Shown here one piece after another: positions 49,805 through 59,326 of a stretch of DNA of 64,000 bases (the stretch's first letter is position 1; the number at the start of each line of letters is the position of its first letter). The stretch spans positions 124,001-188,000 of IMG/VR virus record IMGVR_UViG_3300044731_002337, one strand, 5' to 3'. The notes under the pieces are model-generated. The model did not search any database. It saw nothing but the letters and a program-made list of their open reading frames with translations, and had not been told where the DNA came from. A program made the position numbers and the translations under genes.

Positions 49805-51783
49805 ATGGATAACAATATATGTCCTGTTTGTTCAATTCAATGTGCCAATGTCGAGTCATTTCGTGACCATGTAGCCCATGAACATGAAGACTATAAACAT
49901 TTTGCATGTGAATTGCATATTGCGGAACAACCTTGCAAGGCTAGATACAAGTATAAGAAGGATCTACTCATTCATCAAAAGAAAGTGATTCATGATCAAG
50001 TGAGGCAATATGTATCTCCAGCGTATCATCAACTAAGATTAAGGACAAAACATGCTACGTCATGGGTGCATTGGACCTCATTGTATGTTCAATATAAATC
50101 TCCCAGTGATCCGGTATTGTCGAATGAGCAAAAAATGTCAGTGGAGCAGTTGATGAGTAGGCTGAAGCAGGAGGAGATGTGGGTGGAAGAAGCAGTTTAT
50201 GATTCATGGCAATTTGAAGAAATGGTGGAGCAATTGGAGAATTATTGGAATCAGGCCAAGACAATTGGAAATCAATTACGTCTATTATTTTGGCATGTCC
50301 TGTATAAGTTCTGTGTGGATCCTTTACTTTCGGATTCGGTGGTTCATTTTTTACACAAGAGGTCCAGTAAATATTTTATCAAGGCGACCAAAATTGTGCA
50401 AGGATCATTAGGTGTACAAATCATGGACCCTTATCAAATGGTGGAACTACGTTATCGAATCTTGGTAGAACTTCAAAAGCAACAGCAAGAAGTATTGGAT
50501 CCATTTATTCTTCAATACTATCGTGAGAGATCATCTAAGATGCCATTACTCGAGTTTGGATTGAAATTAAGGTGTTGGATAGATTTGATGATTCGGTTTA
50601 CCAATATTCCTATGAGAATTCAAGCGACCAAGGAACTTCATTTAGGGTATCCGTTTCGAAAGACGGATGTGGCCGAACATCATGTGGCAAGATTATTATA
50701 TGAGAATGGTGTCTTTACCCGTTTATTCATGTTTGATAAAGTGGGCAAAACAGGTAAGCATTAATGATTTTTTTGTTTGTTTGTTTGTTGTTAACTATGC
50801 ACAAAAAAGGTGCTCATCGTCCAATTCGATGTCCTTTACCAGGATTTATAACTCCTTACTTATTATTCTACATTAAGTATTGTCGACCAACGGAAAAGGA
50901 GAATTCCTTGGTATTTCTCAATGCGACGGGCAGTGCATGGAAACAAGCATCAAGGGATATTAAGATGTATATGCAAGATGTATTGGACATTCAAGTGAAT
51001 GCATTAGATCCTTCAGGTCGTTTTGTTCATGGGTCAAGGTCTATCATGTTGGCGAATTATGCATTGCGTGTACGATTTGATCCATTGAAGTTACAACAAT
51101 TTGCTACCTTGATGAGACATTCGTTTGCGACGATGAATTCTTATTACTTGTTATGGACGGATTGGGCGACAGCGAGACTTGCCATGTCCGACTTTAATCA
51201 AGCGTTTGGTTTATCTGCCCCCGAAGAAAAACCATGTGATTTTTCAGCCTTTGATGTCCATTTTTCTTTCACTCAGGGTATAATGGAAGAAAAAGAAGTA
51301 TCGCCACAGATTGAAACATTATCATGTAAACCTGCAGTAAATTCTCGTTCATTCGAAGAGGTAACATCGTCATTCGAAGAGGTAACTTCTGGTTCATTTG
51401 AAGGGGTAACATCGTCATGCAAACCTTTGGTAACTTCTGGTTCATTTGAAGGGGTAACATCGTCATGCAAACCTTTGGTAACTTCTGGTTCATTCGAAGA
51501 GGTAACATTGTCATGCAAACCTGCGGAAACATCGTCATGCAAACCTGCGGTACAAGAGCAAAAGAGTGGAAATGGTTGTGACAAGTGTGGTAAAGTAATG
51601 ACGATTTATGGTCCTTATGGGAAGAGGAAGCATGTGAAGCAATATGGATGTTATTGGTATGAATGTAAGGATTGTGAGTTGAAGAAATGGATACCATTAG
51701 GATATATGACGGAATATAGTCATTCACGAAAATCCAAGAATCACGATAAGATTATGGCATTTATTAAAGCTTCTTTGAAATAA
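49805..51783 (+). CDS. C2H2 zinc finger plus tyrosine-recombinase-like protein; exons join(49805..50753,50810..51783)
   Basis: N-terminal CPVC...HVAHEH and C...HQKKVIH; TNIPMR, DK, HGSR, MRH and SYY give the R-K-H-R-H-Y set; two track ORFs join in frame (1923 nt). Confidence 0.7.
50754..50809 (+). other. Spliceosomal-type intron (56 nt, phase 1)
   Basis: CAG|GTAAGC...TTAAC branch-like...AAAAG|GTG; the spliced product DKVGKTGAHRPIRCPL aligns with the intronless paralog DDKNMNSHLPIIVPV. Confidence 0.85.
51314..51550 (+). repeat. Tandem array of 48-bp GGTAAC-family units and sub-units inside the CDS
   Basis: VTSGSFEGVTSSCKPL repeats with degenerate flanking copies. Confidence 0.9.
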
Positions 51784-51792
51784 TAGATCTTG

Positions 51793-52263
51793 TTACTTGA
51801 CAAGGTACATGTTGGCTTCGGTTCCAGCGTGTAAAAGTTGCCAATTAGGGTGAACGGGTTATTGTGGTTTCACTGGAATTTGACCTAGTAGACCAACAAT
51901 AACCCATTCAGGTCGTTGAGATCTGGGGACATACACTTTAGAGGCATCAAATGTAGGGTTCAAGCGATCTCGTGTAATGGTATTGGTCACAGGATTGGTG
52001 GGAATGATTTTGCTCTTGAGTTCTGCGGTAAGGATGGTTACGCGAGCATTGGTGACCAAGGAGTTGAAGGATGTATTTTCGGGTGTAACAACTACGTCAT
52101 AGTTAGGAATGGTTGGGTTGGTTGTAGTTTCAAATTGATGAAATGCTCCGGCTTCATCACGCCATGATACAACTTGAATTTGTTCGGTCAAGGTATTACC
52201 AAATGGCCCTTTAATATATTTACCTTTCCATTTATTCCATTGCGAATTACCTACAAGAGCTGC
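51793..52263 (-). pseudogene. Peptidase_G2/IMC (fibre autocleavage chaperone) C-terminal fragment with an in-frame stop
   Basis: ALVGNSQWNKWKGKYIKGPFG...YVPRSQRPEWVIVGLLGQIPVKPQ*PVHPNWQLLHAGTEANMYLVK*; no in-frame ATG upstream. Confidence 0.7.
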
Positions 52264-52363
52264 AAAAAAAAAGTATCATACTACCACCAATCATTTTGAT
52301 GTTTGTGGCGTGTTATTCCTTGTCGTGATGCATGGTGGGTTTTTTTTTGTAGAGATGGATAGT

Positions 52364-53404
52364 TTATCTGTCCCGTTTAAGGACTAGACTTTTGAGTTGT
52401 TGAACATTGAGGTCTATTGCCGGGTTAAATTGGATGCGATGATTAGGGAAGCAAGCGGTGAGTGATTCTTGCAGAGTAGTATCCGTTTTAGGTGGTAATT
52501 CTGGGAAGTGTTGAAATAAAGGGTGAGAGTCGAATAAGAGTGTACATCGAGATAATGTTTCGATGGGGATGACATGAGTGGTTACTGTGGTACCCCATTG
52601 AAAGTTACCTTGTCGAATAGCTTGACCCATATCTTCCCAACTTTGTAAAGTGGATCGATTGGAAGGGTATAAGAGTTTTACATTTTCATGTTGATTATAG
52701 GATTGGTGATCGTAGAGTGAAGTAGATACTTGACCCCATTTTGTACCTGTAGCATATCGTTCTTGTTGCATTTGGTGTGTATGTCGCATTACTAAACTCA
52801 CATCATGCATAATGGATTGATTAAAATTGGTAACGACTCCAATGGTATCTGCTATAATATGGCGCATGTTATGGAGTAAACGTGGTCGAATAATTCGTTC
52901 GAGTTTCAAGTGTGTGGCTATAAACGTCTTGACATCTGAGGCGATACGTGTCCAAGGTGTGGCGCCATGAAATAGGTAAGGTCCAGGGGCTCGTAAATGG
53001 AGAATATAATATGCTAAATAATAGGATAATGTATCTCCAACAGGTACAATGATAGGTAGATGACTATTCATATTTTTATCATCGTACCAAATGCGATGAA
53101 AGCGTTTATTACGAAATATAAGTTTGCTTGTATAGGGTACATGATGTAGGGATCCTTGTTCTTCCCAAATCAAATGTTCAGAGGCTTGACTACGATGAGG
53201 TACATTAGTCACACGTAATGCTAGGTCAATCCAACATTTGAAAAACATTTCTTTATTGGGTATACCATCTATTCGGCTTGGATGATTCGTCATAAACAGT
53301 TCCATATCAGGTTGCCATTTTGCAAGTTCATGTACAATGACATTACGAAGAATATAACGATCAAAAGCAGTCAAATCTTCTACAGCAGGCATTTGTAAGT
53401 TCAT
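52364..53404 (-). CDS. Tyrosine-recombinase-like protein, paralog of 49805..51783
   Basis: TNVPHR, DDK, LHNMRH, VMRHT, QERY. Confidence 0.7.
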   Translation of the reverse strand: MNLQMPAVEDLTAFDRYILRNVIVHELAKWQPDMELFMTNHPSRIDGIPNKEMFFKCWIDLALRVTNVPHRSQASEHLIWEEQGSLHHVPYTSKLIFRNKRFHRIWYDDKNMNSHLPIIVPVGDTLSYYLAYYILHLRAPGPYLFHGATPWTRIASDVKTFIATHLKLERIIRPRLLHNMRHIIADTIGVVTNFNQSIMHDVSLVMRHTHQMQQERYATGTKWGQVSTSLYDHQSYNQHENVKLLYPSNRSTLQSWEDMGQAIRQGNFQWGTTVTTHVIPIETLSRCTLLFDSHPLFQHFPELPPKTDTTLQESLTACFPNHRIQFNPAIDLNVQQLKSLVLKRDR

Positions 53405-53447
53405 CTTGTTATTATTTTTTCTTCTTCAACAGGATATGGAAAAAAAA

Positions 53448-53951
53448 TTATAGATAACGTTTTTCGGTTATGCGCCACGGTCGATGTAATGTATCCAAGG
53501 TTTTACATTCCTCGAATAAAGATAATATGTAATTATCCTTGGTCTTGTCATGTCCTTGATTCATAACAATGAGTACTACGGATTCCATAAGACTATACAC
53601 TCGAAAACAATCAATATCCAATTGATCTTTTCTGTCTTCTGTAAAATGCAAGTAAAACCAATTCATCATTTGCTCATCGACTGTTAGATCAAGGGGTTTA
53701 TCCAAATTATGAGTAGTCATAAATGTCTTGAGCCTTTCTCGTACATAAGCTCCCATTGATCCTTCTCTTGTGGAAGGGATAGTTGTGGATTGGCTATACG
53801 TCTTGCAACATGGCATTTTAAGTTTATTCCATAACGTTAGCATAGCTATATTATGTCTTGTGCAATACTCCATAGCTTGGCGAAAATGAGTAGCCCATTC
53901 ATCAGTACTCATGTTGTACTCTTTTGTTTTATCTACTCGAATCTTACTCAT
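53448..53951 (-). CDS. Hypothetical protein
   Basis: 167 aa ORF. Confidence 0.6.
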   Translation of the reverse strand: MSKIRVDKTKEYNMSTDEWATHFRQAMEYCTRHNIAMLTLWNKLKMPCCKTYSQSTTIPSTREGSMGAYVRERLKTFMTTHNLDKPLDLTVDEQMMNWFYLHFTEDRKDQLDIDCFRVYSLMESVVLIVMNQGHDKTKDNYILSLFEECKTLDTLHRPWRITEKRYL

Positions 53952-54107
53952 CTACTAACTAATAAAAAAAAATAGAAAAAAATGTGTTTATATCCTTGAT
54001 CTCATTTGGGAAATGTCGTGTAATAAAAATGGCTAGTCCCATTACTCGAGTTAACTTGTCTACTGTTCCCTTTCCTGAAGAAGTATTTCCATCAGGGGGA
54101 TTCGGCT

Positions 54108-54497
54108 GTGTTTGTAGGTGCATGGATGTGTGTGGAAGATGCCAATGCATTTGTAACCAAAGTGAATAATACTGACAAGGCTCGAGAGTATCCATCAGCA
54201 CGTATGTATATTCTCAATGAGCATATGAATCAAGAGGGTATTGAAAAGTTGGCTTTGGTGTATTTCAATTGTGTATTGTCATTATTTTGTTATATGATGG
54301 AATTGCATGCAGGTTCAACACAACATTTGAGGGTTGATGGAATGGATGGATGGTTTCATTTGTATCGTAAATATGTGGAAGAATGGTTATCTTATGAAGG
54401 TGAACCAAGACAATGGTTGAAAGAAATGAATGTTAATGCAAACTGGTCTGTATGGGCATATAATGAACATCTAACCACGGATGATAATGGTCATTGA
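54108..54497 (+). CDS. Hypothetical protein, start uncertain
   Basis: 129 aa ORF overlapping a short upstream ORF in another frame. Confidence 0.5.
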   Translation: MFVGAWMCVEDANAFVTKVNNTDKAREYPSARMYILNEHMNQEGIEKLALVYFNCVLSLFCYMMELHAGSTQHLRVDGMDGWFHLYRKYVEEWLSYEGEPRQWLKEMNVNANWSVWAYNEHLTTDDNGH

Positions 54498-54573
54498 CAT
54501 ACCCGTACAATTGAATTCGTTGAACTCGATCATTAACTTTAGATGATAAGAATAAAAATAAAAAGATTGTGTA

Positions 54574-55254
54574 ATGACGTCTTTGGTTTTGTTGCAGGCA
54601 AAGTTTTTGTTTCAGAAATTCAAGTTGTATGATATGAATAGTGTACAGAGAGCTTTATGGTATTATAAGGATACAATGAAGGGGGAAAGTAAAATGACAA
54701 CTCGAAAGTTTTTACATGCGATGTATAAATTGATACCTCATCATTTGCAGTGGGTAGGAGAGGCGAGTAAAATAGATAGTATAGTACATCGATTTATGAA
54801 TTATCAGAACCGTTTGCCTCGATGTGGGGTAATTTTATTATGTCAGAATAAGGTATTGGTGTTGAGGTCATTGTATGGGAGGAATTTGATGTTTCCAATG
54901 GGGAAGCAATTGAGGAATGAATCAAGTCACAAGTGTGCTGAAAGGGAATGTGTAGAAGAAACTGGATTGCAAGTTTATTTGGGGGAACATAGTGAACGGG
55001 TTGAGTTAAAGATGAATGGTCATACACCACGATACTTATATATTTACAAATTAGAATGTAATATTAATTTATTAAGGATTTCACCGCAGACACATTATGA
55101 AGTAAGTAATTATCGTTGGGTAGATTGGGAATGGTTTAATGAAGACAAACCATTTCGTGGATTTACAGGTCAAGGTTGGAAGTGGCTTATTCACTATCTT
55201 CATCATCGAATATATCCTCCCCTTTTGCTAACGCATGTTCCACCAGTACTGTGA
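54574..55254 (+). CDS. Nudix hydrolase, Dcp2-like mRNA decapping enzyme
   Basis: YQNRLPRCGVILL (Dcp2-like) and Nudix box FPMGKQ...CAERECVEETGL. Confidence 0.85.
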   Translation: MTSLVLLQAKFLFQKFKLYDMNSVQRALWYYKDTMKGESKMTTRKFLHAMYKLIPHHLQWVGEASKIDSIVHRFMNYQNRLPRCGVILLCQNKVLVLRSLYGRNLMFPMGKQLRNESSHKCAERECVEETGLQVYLGEHSERVELKMNGHTPRYLYIYKLECNINLLRISPQTHYEVSNYRWVDWEWFNEDKPFRGFTGQGWKWLIHYLHHRIYPPLLLTHVPPVL

Positions 55255-55409
55255 GTCTAGCACAATATTCATTCATCAAACGTAATTGATTGGTTACTGT
55301 ATCCATTTGTTCAATGATACTATCAAGACGGGTTAAAACATCTGTGGGTGGAGTGGACATGATTGAGTTTTCTTTTTTGCGAATTTGAAAAAAAAAAGAA
55401 TGGATAGGT

Positions 55410-55670
55410 GTGAGTATACGAATAAGAAGTAGAAAAAAAAAAGCAAGGAAGAGAAATTTTTGGATGAAAGAGCAAAGGTGTTGGTATTGGGTATCAGTAT
55501 TAATTCAGATAACAATAGTCATTTGGTTTATTATTATATTCTTCCGTATGAAACATTTTGAAGCAATGGCATTAACATGTAAGAATTTGTGTCATGAAAA
55601 CTTTGAGCGATTACAAAAAATAAATGGGAAAGTGGGAAACTCTATGGCACCAAACATTACCTCAACGTGA
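55410..55670 (+). CDS. Small single-TM protein
   Basis: WYWVSVLIQITIVIWFIIIFF; the true start is probably the internal ATG (MKEQR). Confidence 0.45.
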   Translation: MSIRIRSRKKKARKRNFWMKEQRCWYWVSVLIQITIVIWFIIIFFRMKHFEAMALTCKNLCHENFERLQKINGKVGNSMAPNITST

Positions 55671-56337
55671 AATATCTCGGCGCATACAGGAGCAGATTGA
55701 GCAATTTCGAGACTCATATGAATTGACTGAAGCCTATATTGAGAGAGTGTTCAAGTATATTGATCGTGTATGGGGTGATGATATTTTATTGGGAGATTGT
55801 AAAGTGGTGATGGAGTACAAGGTATACCATGTTGGGGTTCCAGATGATTTAAGGGCAGCAGCAGCATGGGTCGCTGGAAACTTATTATGTGTAAATGCTG
55901 AATTACTGAATCAATTGTTCGTGACTGAAAAGTATTATTATGTAGGCGGGATTCAATTATGTGATGTGTTTAGTGTGTTGATGCATGTTCTGTTACATGA
56001 GTATGTCCATGTATTTATGCACTATGCGAGAAGGTGTGGAATGTATGATTGGCGAGATGTACATGGGCCGGAATTTATGAAACGAATTCAATTATGGTAT
56101 GGTCACACTGATCACCAGCATAGTTTAATCCCTGGATTTCAAGAGAATCGAATTATGCGTCAAGCCGAAGTAGGACAAAAAGTAAGAATCTTTGTGGATC
56201 GAGATCATTATGTGCTAGGTCATATTGTTGAACGAACGGGTAATGAAATTAAGGTGAAAGGATGTTTATGCCCTTCTGATCGAGCAATTCAAGGTGTTGT
56301 CACGCATGTTGGAAGAATTATTTGTATTATTAACTAA
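55624..56337 (+). CDS. SprT-like zinc metalloprotease
   Basis: VLLHEYVH...HGPEF. Confidence 0.85.
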   Translation: MGKWETLWHQTLPQREISRRIQEQIEQFRDSYELTEAYIERVFKYIDRVWGDDILLGDCKVVMEYKVYHVGVPDDLRAAAAWVAGNLLCVNAELLNQLFVTEKYYYVGGIQLCDVFSVLMHVLLHEYVHVFMHYARRCGMYDWRDVHGPEFMKRIQLWYGHTDHQHSLIPGFQENRIMRQAEVGQKVRIFVDRDHYVLGHIVERTGNEIKVKGCLCPSDRAIQGVVTHVGRIICIIN

Positions 56338-56340
56338 TGT

Positions 56341-57012
56341 TTACGTATTCTTGGCCTTGAGATAGGATAACGCATCTACGGTATGGGGCGTCATGGTATG
56401 TAGGTCGATATAATTCGCTTTGATGGTCACTATATTATCCACAAGATTAGTGAGGGATAAGTTTTCAAGTGAATCGACAAAGACGGATCGAACATATTTG
56501 TGACCATCAATAATGGCGCGACCTGTCTTTTGTTGAGGATCAATGGTAATGACAAAAGGAATTAATTGTTTCAAAAGACGATCACCATTCCATCTCATTA
56601 ATAGAGTTGTGTCATCAATTTTAGTTGTGGTAACACCGTAAGCAACTTGTGTTTCTAATAGAGAGAGTTCGACGCGGTCATGAAGTTTACCTGCATCTCG
56701 ACTACGTTTACGGTAAGGTTCTGAGAGTTCAAGCCAATAAGGTTCAATAGTAAATGATTGATCTGGTTTTTGAATCAGTTCATAGACTACAATGTTTTCA
56801 TTTTTGCTTCGATAAACAATGAAAATAACAGAGGGATGAATTCGTTGTATATCACTTAGGAGTTTATCTTTGGAAAATTGTACATTGTGTTCTGGATTTT
56901 CAAAGCTCTTTACCGTAGTTGATTTTTTAGGACTAAGAAGATCAGAAACAATACGAAACATAATTTGTTCTTCTTCTTCTTTTTTTTTTAGTTTCTTTTT
57001 TTTCCCCGACAT
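56341..57012 (-). CDS. DUF4833-like protein
   Basis: FIVYRSKNENIVVYE...PYW...ELSLLE..AYG. Confidence 0.65.
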   Translation of the reverse strand: MSGKKKKLKKKEEEEQIMFRIVSDLLSPKKSTTVKSFENPEHNVQFSKDKLLSDIQRIHPSVIFIVYRSKNENIVVYELIQKPDQSFTIEPYWLELSEPYRKRSRDAGKLHDRVELSLLETQVAYGVTTTKIDDTTLLMRWNGDRLLKQLIPFVITIDPQQKTGRAIIDGHKYVRSVFVDSLENLSLTNLVDNIVTIKANYIDLHTMTPHTVDALSYLKAKNT

Positions 57013-57039
57013 GATGAGTGGGTATGAGTTTTGTGATTT

Positions 57040-57531
57040 GTGAGAATGACATCATGTGTGGTGAAGGAATGTGATGAAGATGGAATTTATTGCGAGGCTT
57101 GCTGTAAGACATGTGGATGTTATTTTCATTTGAATGTATGCAAGAAGCAAGTTTGCCAATTGTGCAATGCGGGATATGAACCATGGAAGGAAGATTCTCA
57201 TTTGTGTACATCCTGTGATGGGTTAAAGGAGGTTCGACTTCAATGTGCTTTTGAACAGTGCAAGGCTGTATTTGGAATTCAACGTGTACATTGTTGTGAA
57301 AGTTATTTCTGCAATGAGCATTACAAGTATCAAGATTGGCGCAAGTGTTGTTCGGCATGTACGAGGAATAGTACATTATGTATTGTGTGTGTCAAAACTA
57401 AGAATTGTCCATGTGGATTTCAACCCTGTGTGGAATGTGAACGATTTTTTCACAAGGATCAATTGGATGAAGAAGGACAATGTTTATTATGTTTCCATTC
57501 ACCTTACTATCATATGAATGTGGAACCATGA
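57040..57531 (+). CDS. Cys-rich zinc-binding protein
   Basis: More than 25 Cys in CxxC pairs. Confidence 0.65.
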   Translation: MRMTSCVVKECDEDGIYCEACCKTCGCYFHLNVCKKQVCQLCNAGYEPWKEDSHLCTSCDGLKEVRLQCAFEQCKAVFGIQRVHCCESYFCNEHYKYQDWRKCCSACTRNSTLCIVCVKTKNCPCGFQPCVECERFFHKDQLDEEGQCLLCFHSPYYHMNVEP

Positions 57532-58158
57532 TCCAAGTGAATACAGTGAATCCCAAAGGACGCAATTGTGTGATCTTGTTTGTTGTGTGAATATGGTTTG
57601 TGGGGTTTGGGTGGATAGAGGGATTGGAGGGGAATGCCATACACCAGGTAAGATAGCAAGACCTTGTGGATCACCGGGTTCTTGGTTGAAAATGAGTGCT
57701 GAGATTAGGGTGGTATCTAAAGGTCCAGGTGGGGCGAGTAGCATTAGGTAAGGATTCCGTGGTTGCTGGTGAAAAAAATGTTGACTACTATCCGGGTGAT
57801 AATTTAGTTCGCGAAGGAAAAGGTCAGAGGTGCGATGTAAAAGGGCGACACGATAAGGTTTCGAATTGACAGCATGATTTTTGGCCATGAGGTATTGAAT
57901 GTGTGAAGAATAAGATTTGTACTCCAGTGTGAAATTACCAGATGATATAGTGGGATCACATAGTACAGTGTCTCCTGAAGCTAATATCATGGGTTTGGTA
58001 ATGGTTTGATTTGGAGTAATAGGCCAATGAGTCTTGTAAAGCGGTTGTACATAATTAGAGCAAACCGATAAGGAAGCAGATGTACATGGAATTGTCAAAC
58101 GTTGGTGTAATGGAAATTGGCGGGTCACTGAAAACTTGGCATAGCCACTAATTGACAT
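57499..58158 (-). CDS. Ureidoglycolate lyase (AllA)-like cupin
   Basis: LNYHPDSSQHFF (compare ERHxxxSQAF), MLLAPPG, QGLAILPGVWH. Confidence 0.7.
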   Translation of the reverse strand: MSISGYAKFSVTRQFPLHQRLTIPCTSASLSVCSNYVQPLYKTHWPITPNQTITKPMILASGDTVLCDPTISSGNFTLEYKSYSSHIQYLMAKNHAVNSKPYRVALLHRTSDLFLRELNYHPDSSQHFFHQQPRNPYLMLLAPPGPLDTTLISALIFNQEPGDPQGLAILPGVWHSPPIPLSTQTPQTIFTQQTRSHNCVLWDSLYSLGSWFHIHMIVR

Positions 58159-58255
58159 TCTTTTTTTTATCTTGATTATTTTATATTGTGATTTTATAGT
58201 TGTGATCGGGATTTAGACATGTTCCGATATAGTGAGACAGGTTTGAGTGTAGAAA

Positions 58256-58870
58256 ATGGAACTGTCAAGTAGAATACAAACTATTTCGGATTGGTATGAA
58301 TGGGCAAATCAATTATCATTGAGGGATGCGTTATACATTTTACGAAAGCATGAGAGTGAATGGGTGGTAATGGATCAACGTTTTTATGGGATTTTGTATC
58401 CTTTGGGGTTATCCTTATTTCATTATCAACCCATGATTGAAATGTTTCAAAACAACCTGTCCTTATGGTGTGAATCGATTGTCCGGGTAACGTTTCATGT
58501 TCCTTTTGATGACATGGATGTAAAGTTGATTCGAATTTTGAGTGGATTAGTACCGAAGCAAGTCATGGTGAATGAGGTGTTGAGTAATTGTGGGAAGCCA
58601 TTTTTGGAATGTTTTCAATGTTTGTTGTTGCAAGGGTTTTCCATTGAGGATTTGGTACCTATCATTAAGAGGGCATGCAATCAAAGAGATACACGGTTAT
58701 TATGGTGGTTGGTGAATTCTGGGTATGATTGGATTTGTGTACGCGAGGCAAGTGATCAAGATTATATGGGTACAATATTGGGTATACGAAACTTGGAATG
58801 GTGTAAACAGAATTATTGTCTTGGTGGAGATGTTCATCTATGGTCATGCGTTTCCAAGTTTATTTACTAG
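58256..58870 (+). CDS. Hypothetical protein
   Basis: 204 aa ORF. Confidence 0.55.
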   Translation: MELSSRIQTISDWYEWANQLSLRDALYILRKHESEWVVMDQRFYGILYPLGLSLFHYQPMIEMFQNNLSLWCESIVRVTFHVPFDDMDVKLIRILSGLVPKQVMVNEVLSNCGKPFLECFQCLLLQGFSIEDLVPIIKRACNQRDTRLLWWLVNSGYDWICVREASDQDYMGTILGIRNLEWCKQNYCLGGDVHLWSCVSKFIY

Positions 58871-58916
58871 GTTGGAAAAAAAAAGAATAAGTGTGAGAAA
58901 AAAAAAAGTAATAAGC

Positions 58917-59207
58917 ATGGATAACTTGTCACAAAAAGCTAAGGACGAAATTGAGAAATTTATTGCGAGTAAATTACAACAACAACCAAAAGGTGAACCT
59001 CATGAATATACTGAATTTGTGAGCGAAACATTATCAGTTACCCAAAAATTACCCAAACAATGCCGTGGAGATGCGGTGCAATACATTTATCAAAAAGTAT
59101 CTGCGGACCAATCGAATGGATTTAAACCGGATTATGATATTACAACATTGATTAACATGATGTCTGAAATCAGAGCTATGGGATGTAAATGTGGGTTTAT
59201 GAAATAA
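58917..59207 (+). CDS. Hypothetical protein
   Basis: MDNLSQKAK..., ATG 58917 after an A-run; the track ORF over-extends upstream. Confidence 0.55.
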   Translation: MDNLSQKAKDEIEKFIASKLQQQPKGEPHEYTEFVSETLSVTQKLPKQCRGDAVQYIYQKVSADQSNGFKPDYDITTLINMMSEIRAMGCKCGFMK

Positions 59208-59326
59208 AAAAATGGTTATGCTTTGGGGTGCATTGTAGTCATTTGAAATTGATATAAATGAAAGTTAGGGGAAAAGTTCCGATAGGGGGTTATTAGGGTT
59301 TACTTTTTATCTGTTGTTTGGTGATT

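Noticed and set aside
51269-51727. Minus-strand repeat ORFs (152 aa and 103 aa)
   Set aside because: Antisense readings of the 48-bp repeat inside the recombinase-like gene
54083-54117. Possible GT-AG intron linking ORF 53984 to ORF 54108
   Set aside because: Splicing does not restore the frame (phase mismatch), and the segment is short and not T-rich
55251-55327. Strong GTGAGT donor overlapping the Nudix stop codon
   Set aside because: The Nudix domain is already complete, the acceptor is weak and the extension has no homology support
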